Of a DNA stretch of 64,000 nucleotides, positions 47,454-60,490 are shown piece after piece (the stretch's first letter is position 1; each line of letters opens with the position of its first letter). This DNA is from Camelus dromedarius (lineage: Eukaryota): contig NC_087447.1 in the NCBI RefSeq assembly GCF_036321535.1, positions 51,772,001 to 51,836,000 on the forward strand, in the 5' to 3' direction. Made by a program: the position numbers and the translations under genes. The notes under the pieces were generated by a model. It was not told the origin of the DNA. It ran no database searches and was given only the letters and a program-made list of their open reading frames with translations.

Positions 47454-48621
47454 CTACGACAGAGGATGGAAGATCCACAGACACTCAGAGTTGATCCTCG
47501 TGCCAACACTTCCCCACACCCTCACCAGTGTTGCTCAGGGTCTTACTGATGCTCCAGAAGATGCGGGTCTCAACCTCTAATGACAGGTTATTGCTTCTAT
47601 CACACCATGCCTCAGCTCACACGTCCCGCCCAGGCTTCTAGATGTAGCTCCAGTGTTAGCCTCTACAGAGAACCTCTCCCAGCCTACTGCTGCCTTTCCT
47701 TTAACTCCTAGGGCCCTTGTCACCTGTCCCACTTGGGGCAGCTATCACTCACACAGATACTATAGTAACAAGGACGTGTGACTAATTTATACACGTTGGT
47801 TTTATTTCCCCAGCTGGACGTGAGCTCTCTGAAGGGCAGGGACATGTTTTACATGTCTCCATCCTCTCAGTTCCACAGCACAGAGTGACTGATCAAATAG
47901 GTGATGAGCTGAAGTCTGCAAAGAGTACCCTGGGTCCAAGTCCCACCTGTGCCTCGTGTGACATAAAGACAGCGAGGCTTTGTCCCCTGAAACTCTCGGG
48001 GCTACTGCACGTCTTAAACAATAGGACGGGTAAGAACACGCTTTGGAAGCTATAAAGCAAGATGCAGAATGAAAGGAATCAATGTTACTCCTTTTCATCA
48101 AACAGGAGGTTATATGCAGAGTTGTACTACTCAGTGGAAAATAAGTGACGACAGAATTTAAACACTTCAGATAGAATTTCAGACTTTAACCAAAGAGATT
48201 TGAATGTGGCTTAGAAAATATTTTGTAGGACTAATTTTACTAGTCTGTTGGTCCACATAGGTTTGGCTCCAGTTTGGACTAGGCTTCTAAATTTATTTTT
48301 GAAATCTTCGGTTTGATTTATAAATTAATAAAAGATTATAACTTGAACCTCCAAACCCATAATACGTTGTGTTGTGGTTAACCAAGAATGTTCTCTCTCC
48401 TTAGTGGAACAGGAACTTCTCTCAGGCAGAGTCTGCTACCCTCTTGCCATGGTGGTGTTGACTAAGGGCCTCCAGTGCTGGAGGGCCAACTGGGAAAGTT
48501 CTGAGTAGAAGATGCTTTAACTTGTGAGCATCAGTGACCGGGGGGACCTTAAGTGCACTACTGAGAAGCCCTGGGCTGCCTGCTCCCCCTCTCCCCGGCC
48601 TCGGCAAGGGCTTACACTGAC

Positions 48622-49214
48622 CTCGGTGAAGTCGGCTGTTGTCCATGGCTGGAAGGGTGTTGCGTCTGGGGATGGTTGCAGCGGCAGAGACTGATCTGCT
48701 GCTTTCCCCGGCTGGAGGTCTCTGCTGAGGGCTGCCCCATCGAGGTGTCTCAGCTTGGCTTGGCTTGGGGGGCCGGGGCGGGGGAGCTATGGCTGAGTCC
48801 CCAGGAGTGGCCACTGCCATGGCATTGTGGTTCTTGTCCAGCGTGAACGTTCTAGGGATCTGGTAGGCTGAGAGTGGGGTGGCCGGAACGTCCATATTGT
48901 CCACCAGGAGGTCCCCAAACTCACGGCACAGGGTGTTGCTGGGCATCTTGAAGGTATACACATCCTCGTTATCTGTCTCAGAGCCCGTGAGGCTGCCCTT
49001 GGTGTGGCCATGGGAGGCCAGGCTCCGGGGGAGGTCGTAGGTGCTGTCTCTGAATTCCGTATTGTGCCGGCTCGGCTTGGGAAGGCTGTAGAAGCCATGG
49101 ACTTGACCGCTGACCCCATTGACACAGTGTCCATTGCCCTGGGCAAGTTTCTGCACGGCTGTGTCACTCCTCATGAGAAACGAGGCCCTGGTGCCCTGAG
49201 AGAAGCTGGCACTC
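48622..49214 (-). CDS. GAB2: GAB2 large exon (YxxP sites, PPPRPPKP, RRNTLP)
   Basis: tcttag|GAGTGC ... CCGAG|gtcagt; encodes SASFSQGTRASFLMRSDTAVQKL...IPRRNTLPAMDNSRLHR. Confidence 0.96.
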
Positions 49215-50358
49215 CTAAGAGAGAGAAAGAAGGGAGGATCGGGGTTAGAGGAGGCCAGGACTGCCCACTGGGAGGCAAGTGGGCATGTTCAAACCTTGTG
49301 CAGCGAGGGGTGTGGAGCACACAGGCTGAGGAGGCTGGCAGGCCAGAGGTTTTCTGGGCAAAGCACGTTTTCTTTCTGAGCGTTAGTTAATGCATCTGCA
49401 AAAATGGTGACTAAATTCGTACCTTGAAGGTTGTTTGTTTAGAAATTGCACTCTCATGCTTCTAATATAATGGTGTTCAATCAGTATTAGCCTTTATCCC
49501 CCACCCCTTCCCCAGATGGCTGTGATTTGCGGACGTTGGTTTTACCTCCTTCAACAGATATCAACAAGCGGGTTACACTGCCCACTGTTCATTGCTTTAC
49601 ACACCACAGAACACACACACTTGTATACAAAGGCTGAGACGGTGGGAAGAACCCTTCAGCTGGGACCAGAAAATAGCAGGCGAGTCATTTTATCTGAGTC
49701 TCGGTTCTCCAACTGTAAAACATGTCAGCTGACGCATGTCCATGTTCTAAGTCATAAAGAACTATTCAAATGTAAGCTATAGACTTATTTTTCCATCATG
49801 TACTATGGTTTGTTGAGAGGCATTTAGAGGGAGGAAATATCTCTTTTCAGAAGACTAAAATTCGACAGGAAAAATGTTTTCATGTTTGGGAACTATATGC
49901 AGGACAGAAAAAGTTTTGATGATTACTTTTTAAAAATTTAGGTTTTGGGGACATAAGATTGAAAAGTAGAAAGACCTTGAGGTAAAGGGATCTGTGCTAG
50001 TTCTGTCACTGCCGGTGGGCTTCGCCAGGCACCCCCCTCCCCGAGATGGGGCCTGGTGGGTCTCGGCGGCTCACGAGGGTCTGTCTGGTTCTGAAACACA
50101 TAACCCTCCGGCTGTATTAGTGGGGTTTTCAGCCCGGAATCTGTGTTCACGCCCTGGGAGACTGGAAGGTAGGCTTCTGAGCAGGTAGAGATCCAGGTCT
50201 GCTGGTCTCTCTCTCACGTTACGATTCTTCACAGGGTTCTGTGGCGGGGAGAAGAGGAATCGCTGCTCTAGCCCACCCTTCACAGCAGCAACTCTCGGCC
50301 TCCGCCTTCGGGAGACTATGTGTCTCTTTAACAATCTGATAAAAAAATGCTTGGCTCT

Positions 50359-50622
50359 CCCGGGGGGGGGGGGGCGGGGGTGGGAAGGGACAGGCTGGGA
50401 GTTTGAAAAGGTGGATACTGACAGGCATATGCAGAACAGATCAACAAGATTATACTGTGTAGCACAGGGAAATATGTACAAGACCTTGTGGTAGCTCACA
50501 GTGACAAAGAACGCAACAGTGAGTATATGTATGTTCACGTATAACTGAAAAACTGTGCTCTGCGCTGGAAACAGACACAACATTGTAAACTGACTATAAC
50601 TCAATAAAACAAAAACAACAAC
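50359..50622 (+). mobile_element. Short L1 3'-end insertion (antisense to GAB2)
   Basis: G-tract, then gtagcacagggaaatat...aacattgtaaactgactataactcaataaa and an A-rich tail; TSD core cttggctct at 50350-50358 and 50629-50637. Confidence 0.85.
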
Positions 50623-53600
50623 AAAACTCTTGGCTCTTCTCACCAGAATAAAGCAAATGTCACATACGTACAAATTCGCAGGCTGTCTCTAAGGGGTTGA
50701 GGGCGGGGGTGGGGAGCTGGGCAGCTCTTAGCCCTCTGGGGCCGGTCATGGAACTTCTGCGTTTACAAGGTCTTTCAGCTCATGGGGAGCTTGTTATTTG
50801 TGGATGTGGCCACCAGATGGTGATAGAAAATAAGGCCCACCAGTTTAGAAAGAGGAAGGGAAACAGGTGTCTAAGCCAGGCTCTCTCCTAGGTACACTTG
50901 TATCCTTGAAGCCTGGGAGTTCCATGTCAGCCCCCAAGCCTTCAGTGGCCTTCCGACCTTGCTCTCCGTATCCTCTCTCCCTTTCTACTGCATTCCACAC
51001 ATACAGCCAAGCCAGCAGCCATGGCCAAGGTCATTAAACATCTAGCCTCTAGATAACAGAGTGCCTGGAGCAGAGGACAGGGGAGCCAATGGTGGACACA
51101 GGTGTTCACATTGTTCATATCTGTTTGTCTTTGGTGCATTGCATTTTGTCTTTTGGGCTTCCCGACTCTCTGTTGGATGTTCCCATCTAGATTTGTTTAT
51201 TTAAAAAACAGACGCCCTACTTTCCATCTGGGCCAGACACAATGGATACAGAGAAGGCTCCTGCCCTAGGGGGAAGCGGGGAAGGGGCACAGTGGTGGAG
51301 GAGGTGACAGGCGTGCAAATCTTACAATCAAGTGGGTTAGTAAGTGGCTGCTGACAGATTTATACCGACCCTCCCTGGGGACCATGGTACAGAGTGTCAG
51401 GGGAGGCTTCTTCAAAGATGTCACCTCTGAGTGACGCTGGCAACTGGCCAGGCAAAAGGCAAGAGAAGGGGAAAGGTGTTCCGGTTAGAGGCACGCAGAA
51501 GTGGGACACAATCTGGCAAGCTGAAGGAACTGCCAGCTGCTCCGGCTGGAGCGAGCATTTGAGGAGGTACAGCTGGGAGACGACAGTGGAGGGGCGGGGC
51601 CAGGCCTGATGGGAATGGGGGCGCTTGAAGGATACTAAGCTGGTGCAGGGGTGGGGAGCACCGCAGGTATCCTGTTTGGCCTCTCCATATTCGAGAATGA
51701 CCTCATCATCTTCCTCCTGACTCCTGTGTGGGGAAAGGCACCAGCCGCTCAAGCCGAAACCCAGGAGTTACCTTAGGATTTCTCCCTCAGTAACCCCATC
51801 AATAACCTATCGGGTCCACCCCAGTTCAGGTCCTCCTGATTCTCCTTGTGCGTTAACGAAAGGGCTAATACCGAGTCTCGCCACCATCTGCCCAGGACCT
51901 CCCCTCTGTCCTAGGCACATTTACACTTCTCCCTTCCCGGCTTAGTCATTTTCAATACTGTCTCAGCGCCGTTAGGACCAAGCCATATTCCAGCTCCAAC
52001 TCATTTTTCCAGTCTCTTCTCCCTAGTTCCCCTTCCCACTCTATGATCTACTCAGTCAGCTTCCCAGTGTTCCCAGTATGCCCCAGACAGTCAGGCCTCT
52101 GGGCCTTTGCTCTCTGGAAGGCTTCTTCCTCCAGTCTGGCAAGCTCATACTCTGCTCAGATGGCACACCTTTCGAAGCTCTTTCTTACATCCTCTCCTTC
52201 CCAGCACAACCAATCACTGGGTCAACTCCGTTCCTGGAGCAGGTAGCAACAGTTATCTGTGTTACGTACCACTGTTACCTGTATCCTCCACCAGACTGTG
52301 AGTTCCTTGAGGAAAGAAACTCTATCTTATTCATTTTCCTCTCAGCAGCAGCCAGATGAGTGCTTGTCACATAGTAAACAGTGAATACGTGTTTGTTGAA
52401 TGAATAAGCAAATGAATGTATAAACAAACAAACAAATAAGGAAAAGTGTTGGTGCTGCTATCCCCTCTCCTGAGCTTGGCCTGAACCCTTTGGATTAGCA
52501 GTTTGAAACCGTTCCCCTTCAGAACACACCAGCTTATGTCCCAACCCCTGCACCCAAGCATCTCATTTCCAGCTCACAGAACTACTCACTCATCCCTAAC
52601 CACACTCTCTAAGCTCCAGCCCTAGGCTTGCAGGGTTTTCTCTAGAATGTCTCCTTGATGCATCAAAGTCTTACACAAAGTGCCAAAGAAGCCTTTTTGC
52701 TCCACAAAGGACCTCCTTTTCACTTGACTCACTCTCCTCCTTTGCGCCCACAGGACTCTGTGCTTTCATCATAACACTCTCCTTACTCTGTCTGTCTTGT
52801 GTGAAAGTTATCTGGGTCCGTGTCTTCCCACTCCCACCAGATCCTGTGCTCCCAGAAGGCCGGGGATCACGTCCTGTCCCCTGGCATAGCCCCCAGCATG
52901 CAGTAGGGGTGCTGACACATGTTGAGGGGGACGGATCACTGCTTCAAGAATCAGGTGCATGGAGGTGAACAGGGGAAACAAACCTGCCCAAAGGTACATC
53001 CTAGGATGGAGGCAGAACTGATTCCAGCACCCAGGTCTCTGGACTCCCTGCTCCAGTGCACTCTCTCTGCGCAAGAATCAAGGAGGGGGAGGGGGGGCTT
53101 CTGAGCACTCAAGAGGTCCTGCGACCTTCACCACGTTCACCTAAACCTTTCCTAGGCCTGTGCCACCACCGTGCGCTGAGCTGCCTTCCTGGGACAGATG
53201 TCTGCAAGCAGTGGATTTGGAGAAAGGCTTCTCTTCCAGGGCTCTGGGCTGACAGAGGCCTCATAAAACGAGCACAGCGCTGTGCCAGGCACACCACGTG
53301 TGATGAGCTCTTACTTCTCTTGACAGTTCTGAGAGAGAGGTATTACCCTCACATCAGACGGGAGAAACAGTAAATGGCAGAGAGAGTGCAAGAAGATAGT
53401 CAAACACAAGTGTACAGGGGAGCTCCCTGGGGGCAGAGAGGTTTGGGGAGAAAACACCCCCCTGGAGCCATTAGCTTTTCCTTCCCAGCCCTGGCCCCCA
53501 GCTGCTCCAGAGGCTACTGGTGGGCCGGGCCATCACACCGCCTCTTGCATATGCTTTGGTCTTACTTAATAGCAACCCCAAGCCGCTCTTCTGGCTTTTA

Positions 53601-54919
53601 GGAATGATTTCCTGGTTTCCCCAGTCACTTTATCTCGCACTTGCTCTTCTGCACATTGTCACATGTTATGTGACACACAACACCACGATTTCTCTTGTTT
53701 CCACTCTAAGAGACTCCAAGTACCTTAACGATGAAGGGCCCAGTTTGATTTTTAACAGCTATGCACCCATGTAAGGAAACCTCACATAATAAATGCTTGA
53801 AAGTAAACTGGCCACCATTTATAGTTCTGTACCTGTCACTGGCAATATAAGAGGTCATTTAGACCATCCATCTGCGACTGACTCATTCCAAATGGATCTT
53901 CCCTGTGAGGGAAGAAAACTCAGAAAATTCTGACCCACAATTTCTAAGAGGTGAGATTGTCTTTGCATCTCAAACCCTTCTGGCTGCAGCAGCGAGCCTG
54001 CCTTCTCCCTGTGGTTACAGAGAAAAGCTGTGTATGTGAAACTAAGTGAAACTAATGAACTAGGTATATTCTGCCTTTGGTCAATCAAAGCCACCAGGAG
54101 AATGAGCCTTAGAAACGATCACAGGTAAGTTCCCCACTGACATTTCTTATTTTACTTTTTATCCACCATCTTTCTGTAGAATACTACTGCAGGGTCATTC
54201 TGGAATTTTGTCACTTGAAATTTCACTTCCCCCAACCCTCATCAGAATTAGGGCTTTTCAGGGCGCATGACTCACCACAACATATCGCCTGTTACAGGTT
54301 TAAGAGCCTCCTTGAAATAAGAAGACAGAGAGTGGCTAGAATCTGGAATGAGGCCCCCAAAGGCTCGAGGGCAAAAATAAATCCAGTGAAACTAATTTGT
54401 TTTCAAAAACTAAAAGGATTCTGCTTGTCTTGACAGTGTCAGTTCAAAACTCCTTTCATTAGCAATACTTAATATTCTGAATTGTTACTCATTTTAGCTC
54501 AAAAGAAAAGCTGGATTTTGAGAACTGAAGTCTTTTTAACCAGAACACATATTATCTAGTACTTGAAGAAATAATAGTGGCTACTTCTGTAGTAGTAAAA
54601 GCAATACTAAAAAACTCGTGGTTTTATCTCTGTAACTATCCAGTTCCCTCATAAATGTAAAAAGGGCCAGGTAGAAGGCTGGTATTAGCCTCAGTAAGTA
54701 CGACTGCACACAGTAATCTGAGCAGGATACTTACGTCTCTGCTGGGCAGAGACAACTGAGCAGGTTCTCTCTCAGTCTCTACTCAAAAGTGAGCCTATAA
54801 GACTACTTTGGAGACCAAACGCAATAACTAATGTAAACGTGCTCTGTAAACTGTATAGCGTTACTCCTTTTTTCCAGAGAACCTAGGATGTAATGTGAAT
54901 GTCAGAAGCAGTGCATGAT

Positions 54920-55245
54920 TAAAGCCCGTCCACATACTTGCCAACACTTGGCATAGTCAGTCTTTTTTATTTTAGCCATTTTAGTGGAGATTAAGCAAAA
55001 TCTCCCTGAGGTTTTAATTTGCCTTTCCCTGATGCTTCAACATCTTTTCATGTGCTTACTGGCATTCTTTTATCTTTTTTTTTGTGAAATGTCTGTTCAG
55101 ATCTTTTGCCTATTAAAAAAATTTGGTTGTTTGTCTTCTTGAGTTGTAGTGGTTCTTTAGGTATTCTAGAAATAAATCCTTTCTCAGATATATGTTTTGG
55201 ATATTTTCTCACATTTGGTGGGTTGCCATTTTGTTCTCTTAATGG
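54920..55245 (-). mobile_element. L1 ORF2 3' fragment
   Basis: ccacatacttgccaacacttgg...gttttaatttgcctttccctgatg...ttttcatgtgcttactggc. Confidence 0.75.
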
Positions 55246-55247
55246 AG

Positions 55248-56080
55248 TCCATTAGGATGCCTACTATCAAAAAGACAGAGAAGTGTTGAGAGGATGTAGA
55301 GAAATCTGAACCCTTGTGTACTGCTGTAAAATGGTGTGACCACTATGGAAAACAGTACGGAAATTCTTCCAAAAAATGACAATAGAATTACCATATGATC
55401 CAGCAATTCCACTTGCAGGTATATACCCCAAATTATTGAAAGAAATCTTGAAGGGTATTTATAAATCCATGTTCACAGCAGCATTGTAACACAACATTAT
55501 TAAGCCAAAAGGCAGAAGCAACCCACATGTCTACCAATGGATGAGTAGATAAACCAAATGTGGAAAATCTATGTAATGAAATATTTATTCCTCCTTAAAA
55601 AGGAAGGAAATTCTGACACATGCTACAACACAGATGAACCTTGAGGGCCTTATGCTAAGGGAAATAAGCCAGTTACAAAAAGATAAGTACAATATGATTC
55701 CACTTGGAGAAGCCAAATTCACACAGATAAAAAGTAGAATGAAGATTGTCAGGGGCTATGGGGAAGGTGAAATGCGGAGCTGTTTAAGGGTGGAGAGTTT
55801 AAATTTTGAGAGATGAAGAGGGTCCTGGAGATTAGTCGCACAGCAATGTGAAAGCACTTAACACTGCTGAACACTTAAAGATGGTTAAGGAGGGGAGGGT
55901 AGAGCTGAAGCGGTAGAGGGCACGCTTAGCATGCACAAGGTCCTGGGTTCAATCCCCAGTACCTCCTCTAATAATAAATAAATGAGTAAACCTAATTACT
56001 TTCCCCCTAAAAAAAAGTATTTAAAAAAATGGTTAAGAAGGTGCATTTTATGTTATGTCTATTTTAACCACAATTTTTTT
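55248..56080 (+). mobile_element. L1 3' end interrupted by a SINE
   Basis: atagaattaccatatgatccagcaattccact; ORF2 tail MNLEGLMLREISQ; resumes after the SINE with atggttaagaaggtgcattttatg. Confidence 0.8.
55889..56024 (+). mobile_element. tRNA-derived SINE (camelid Vic-1-like)
   Basis: tRNA-like head ggggagggtagagctgaagcggtagag...ggtcctgggttcaatccccagtacctc with A/B boxes; AT-rich tail; TSD aaa(g/a)atggttaag at 55877 and 56025. Confidence 0.8.
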
Positions 56081-56084
56081 CCAA

Positions 56085-57900
56085 AGGGCAAAAATTATTC
56101 AGGGGAAGAAAGACATATTATATACTGGAGAATAAGAATAAAAAGAACAGCTGAAATTTCATCAGAAACAATGAAGTTCAGAGGACATTAGAATGACATC
56201 CTTTAGAATGCCAGAATAAAAAAAAAATCATTCTGGAATTTTATACCCAACACAAATATTGCTAAAAATAAAGGTGAAATAAAGATATTTCCAGATAAAT
56301 GAAGGTTGGGAAAATATGTCACCAGGGGAGTCACATGGCAAGAAATCGTAGAGGATGCTCCTCAGGCTGGAGAGAAATAAAACTAGGCAAAAAAACCCCA
56401 CTAGACAATGCGTATCATTTGCTTTCAATACTCAAATATAATTTAAAGACCTTAGGGGGAGGAAATAGTCTTTTATAATTATGTAGACATTTACTATTTC
56501 TGCTGCTCTTCCTTCACTCCTGATCTTAGTTTCCTTCTGGCACTATGCTGCTTTAACTTAATCATTTCTTTAAATGAGATTTCCTGGACTTTCTCTTATT
56601 TCTCTTTCATCTGAGAATGTCTTACTTTTGTTTTCATTCCTGAATGAATACTTTTGCAGAATACAGACTTCTGGGTTGATTAGAGTTTTTCTTTCCCCTA
56701 AGTTCAAGTGTGTTTTCCTTTATTACATGGAATATCGTTACAACGTGGGCTTTTAAGCCTGTGTGTGGTAGTTCCAACACCGGTTATATTGAGGCCAGCA
56801 AGGGGGAGCACTTGCTGTATGCTGAGAGATTCTGGACTGTACCTTGGATATTGTGATACTATGCTGTATAGGCTCTGGGTTCTGTTAGCATCCTCTGGAG
56901 AATACTGATGTTTTCGTTTTTGCAGGCAATCAAAATGGCTAGGTTCAGCCTGTAAGTTCTGTTTCTCCTTCTGTATGTGGTAGTTTAAAAATCTCAGTTT
57001 AGTTCACAAAGTTCTTGTTAGGCTGGTTTGAGTCTGTCCCATACATGGATAGCTCAGGGTGAGCCTGAGACTTGCATGGTGTTATATCCAGAATGACAAA
57101 AGGTTTTCTCCAGCTCCCTCCACTGTGGGATTCTGCACTCCTTTCCAGCTCCAAACAGCTCATTTTGTGGATCCTTTAACCAGAAAGATGAGGTTTCTAT
57201 CCCTAAATAGGCAGTCTGCCCCACTGTGCTGCTCTGTGATGGAGCCCACCCTCAGGACAAATCCACCAGTGACACAAAATTCACCTCTGTAAGAAACTCG
57301 CTTCTCCAAGCTCTCCTCCCCACCAAAATCTGTTTTCTTTCATTTACTTATGGAGTCTCCAGGTAACTGTATTTTGCCTAGAGATTATAGTTGTGATTAG
57401 TGGGAGGGATAGGCTGCAGTGCCTTCTGCCGCCATAGAGGAACTGCAACTCCTAAGTTCTTTTTCAAAGTTTCTATCTCTTTCCTAAATTTCACCATCTC
57501 TTTACTCATTATTCAGCCTGTCTTCCTACAGATGAAAGCAATTAACACAATTATTTTAATTGTCTGCTAGTGCCAAAACCAGATTATTTTAGTCTGTTTC
57601 TATGACCTGAGTTTTCTTGACTATGGGTCAACTTTTACAATTTGGGGGGGCTGTCCAGTAATTTCTCATTGCATACCGAACGTTTAGGATGCCATAAGAT
57701 TTCCCCTCTAAAGAAAAGCCACATAAATTGAATCTCACTCAGTGTAGGTCCCTTCTTTTAAGAGTCAAATCTTGACTGCTTTTTGATTGCTCTTTAATAC
57801 CTTCAAAGAGTTTTTTTTTTTTCCAACGCTTTCTCCAGAGTTTCTAACGGTTACGTAACCGTCACAGCATGTTTAGTGTCATGCACGCTGCTCCACTGCT
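56085..57900. mobile_element. Degraded old L1 ORF1/5'-region fragments in both orientations
   Basis: ORF1-like RIKRTAEISSETM on the + strand (56100-56380); antisense L1-like pieces from 56450 to 57900. Confidence 0.5.
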
Positions 57901-59644
57901 ACTGGAAACTATGTAGTTCTTTTAGGTTGAAGAAAAGCTTCCTTCCCAGCCTCCAACACTGCTTGGAATTCTACAAACACTGTTTGAACTTAACTATTTT
58001 TTAAAACTCTCCCTGAGATCCTGCTCATCACCCTCTTGCTCCCACGCCCACACCAGCAAAAACAAAGACAGAGAGAAAGGCACAGCTTGATCGGGGCCTT
58101 GCAGTAAAGCTGCTCCCCCAGCCGCAGGGGGCGTCCCATCTCCTCTACTGCGGTATCTCTCCATAACACAGAGCTGTTCACATATCCATTATGCACCTAC
58201 TGTGTGCCCTGAGTCCTGTCTTCAAAGTACAGTCATGTAGTAATATAAAAACCCACAATACGAGGTGGAAAATTCCAAGGGCTGTGAGAGAGAATCAAAA
58301 ACTGCTCTGGGAATTCAGAGAAAGCATGAATTCCAGTCAGGAAGATTCAGAGAGGTTTTACAGAGGGGGTGAGGGTGCAGAGAGCCAGGGTGTGGGCCCT
58401 AGCTGCTCATTCAAGCAGAGACATTCATATACTTGTTCTCTGTTGTTCAGCAGCATCATGGGACTCGAGGTGGTGGAAGTTGCTAATATTACATAAAGCC
58501 TTCTCCATAAAGTGCGACGTGCAGATAGTCTGCACTGCTGTCATCTGCAGTTCTGCAAAACGACAGGGTCTCAGGACCCACCCCCGGCCCACTGACTGAG
58601 GATCAGCATTTTGATGAGATCCTGCACTGTTCCACACGCGCGGTAACGTGTGAGAGGCAATAGCACAGAGCGCTGTCTCTCACTAGAATTATGACTGTAA
58701 GAACTCACACCCTCTACTCCCAGGGAACCCCTGTGTGTCGCAGAAGGGGACGGGGCACAGGGGAGCAACCGGCAGGATGTCCTGAGCACCTCCTGCTGGT
58801 GCCTTATGTGTGTTTTCTCATTTTCCGCTCATGAGTAAGCCTTGGAATTAATTATTCCCGTTCTGCAGATAAGAACATGGAAGGTCAAGAGGGTCAAATA
58901 AGTGGCCCAAGGTCACGGACAAGTGGCGGCACCTGATTTTGAACCCATATCTGACCGACTCCAGAGCCTGTGAAATGCTTTTCATTCTACTGCACTGTCT
59001 CTGGTCTGTGGCTCAGGAGAAGCAGGTGCCTGTGTTAGTTCTGCCACTAACTCCCTTGATGGAGGCTGACTGAACTCGTGAAAGTTCACAAACAAATGAA
59101 TCATGCTGCTTCAGGAAAGGGTATTTGAGGCAGCCTTAAAACTGAGTGTTGGGAGGCTCTGTTGTGCGGGAAGAGCTCAGAAAACCGGAACCAGAATAGC
59201 ACAGGGCAGAGAAAAGAGTACAGGACCAGAAAGGAGAAACCTGGGCTCGAGTCCTACTTCTATCATTCGTTAGCTGTCTCGTTTCTTCATCTGTGAAATG
59301 GAGATAAATGATCGACCCAGGCGGTCTCTCAGTGTGTGTGACTGGTTTACGTGAGATCACACATGAAAATCTTCTCTGGTGGGATATATTAATGCACCCA
59401 GTTCTCTAACTGCCTTAATTTTCATAACACAAACTAGATATTTTTAAATTAATTAATTAAGGAACATGATTTGTAATCTGCTGGTCCTGATAGCAACTGG
59501 AAGCCAGCTCTGGCAAAGCCCACCAGCTCTGCACTTTGGTGTATCCAAAGGAAGGGAATAAAGGGTAGTAAATGTACAGGCCTATACCTGTGAGAGAACT
59601 GGTGGTATCAGAAAAACCCAAACCATTATTCTCGAGCAGGGAGT

Positions 59645-59849
59645 CCTTGCTCCAGAACTTTCTGTGACGATGAAAATGTTTCCTATCTCTATGACTGAGT
59701 TTGGTAGCCTCTAGCCATGTGTGGCTACTGAGCACTTGAAATACAGCTAGTGCAACTGAGGAACTTAATTTTCAATTTTATTTAATTTTAATTGATTCAA
59801 ATTTAAATAGCCACATTTGAAGAGTGGCTGTCACATGCGACAGAGCAGA
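59645..59849. mobile_element. MER3-like hAT-Charlie MITE
   Basis: agaactttctgtgacgatgaaaatg...ctagccatgtgtggctactgagcacttgaaat...atttaaatagccacat. Confidence 0.8.
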
Positions 59850-60246
59850 TCTAGAACAAAAGTGAGATACGGATTTATCCAACAACGTTAAGGTTTTATA
59901 GCCATCCTCTGAGGGCCAACAAGTGCACTGACTTTGATTTTGTCAATTCTGAAACCTTAGCCCCTAATGCCTTTTTTTCCAAATTAAACAAAACATTTCT
60001 ATAGCATGATTTTTGATAGTAGGAGGTTTCTCAGGAGTCCAACTATCACCGTATAGCAACCTAGATGACACCAATAAAATGTATAGGTTACCAAAGCAAA
60101 CACAGTGATGTTTTGTTTAATAATTATGTATTTGCTCACCTGGAAAAGATTTACTAGCTTTCTCCCATGTCTTTAAAATCACAAAGCAGAGACTGAAAAG
60201 TACTGGGCCCTGTGCGTGGTCACTCAGCCGATGCCCGCTCGCCTAC

Positions 60247-60490
60247 CTTGCATTTTCTGCTCTCCGGCTTATGCACTGGTGCAAGTAGAGGTACTCCTGA
60301 GGTGCACTGGTGGACAAGGCGGGCTGCACGTGGTTTGACGCCGGGGGTTCGAAGGTGAACAAGGTTGGCTGGCTGGAGTGCGATGGGGCTGAGGACTTCC
60401 GTTCTCGGAGAAGGTGCTGACTGGAGCTGCTGAGCTCAGCTGGAGAAGAGCGGGGGCCGTGACTGGCAGAGGAAATGTTTCTCAGGGAGT
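60247..60490 (-). CDS. GAB2: GAB2 exon following the PH domain (RERKSS)
   Basis: ccacag|ACTCCC ... GCAAG|gtaggc; encodes (D)SLRNISSASHGPRSSPAELSSSSQHLLRERKSSAPSHS...RRAENA(R). Confidence 0.96.

Noticed and set aside
54920..55320. Twin-priming inversion at the head-to-head L1 junction near 55247
   Set aside because: The overlapping parts of the two arms differ strongly and I found no shared TSD, so two separate insertions are more likely.
55889..55965. Possible tRNA gene
   Set aside because: The stems are degenerate, and the AT-rich tail and TSD show it is a SINE head.
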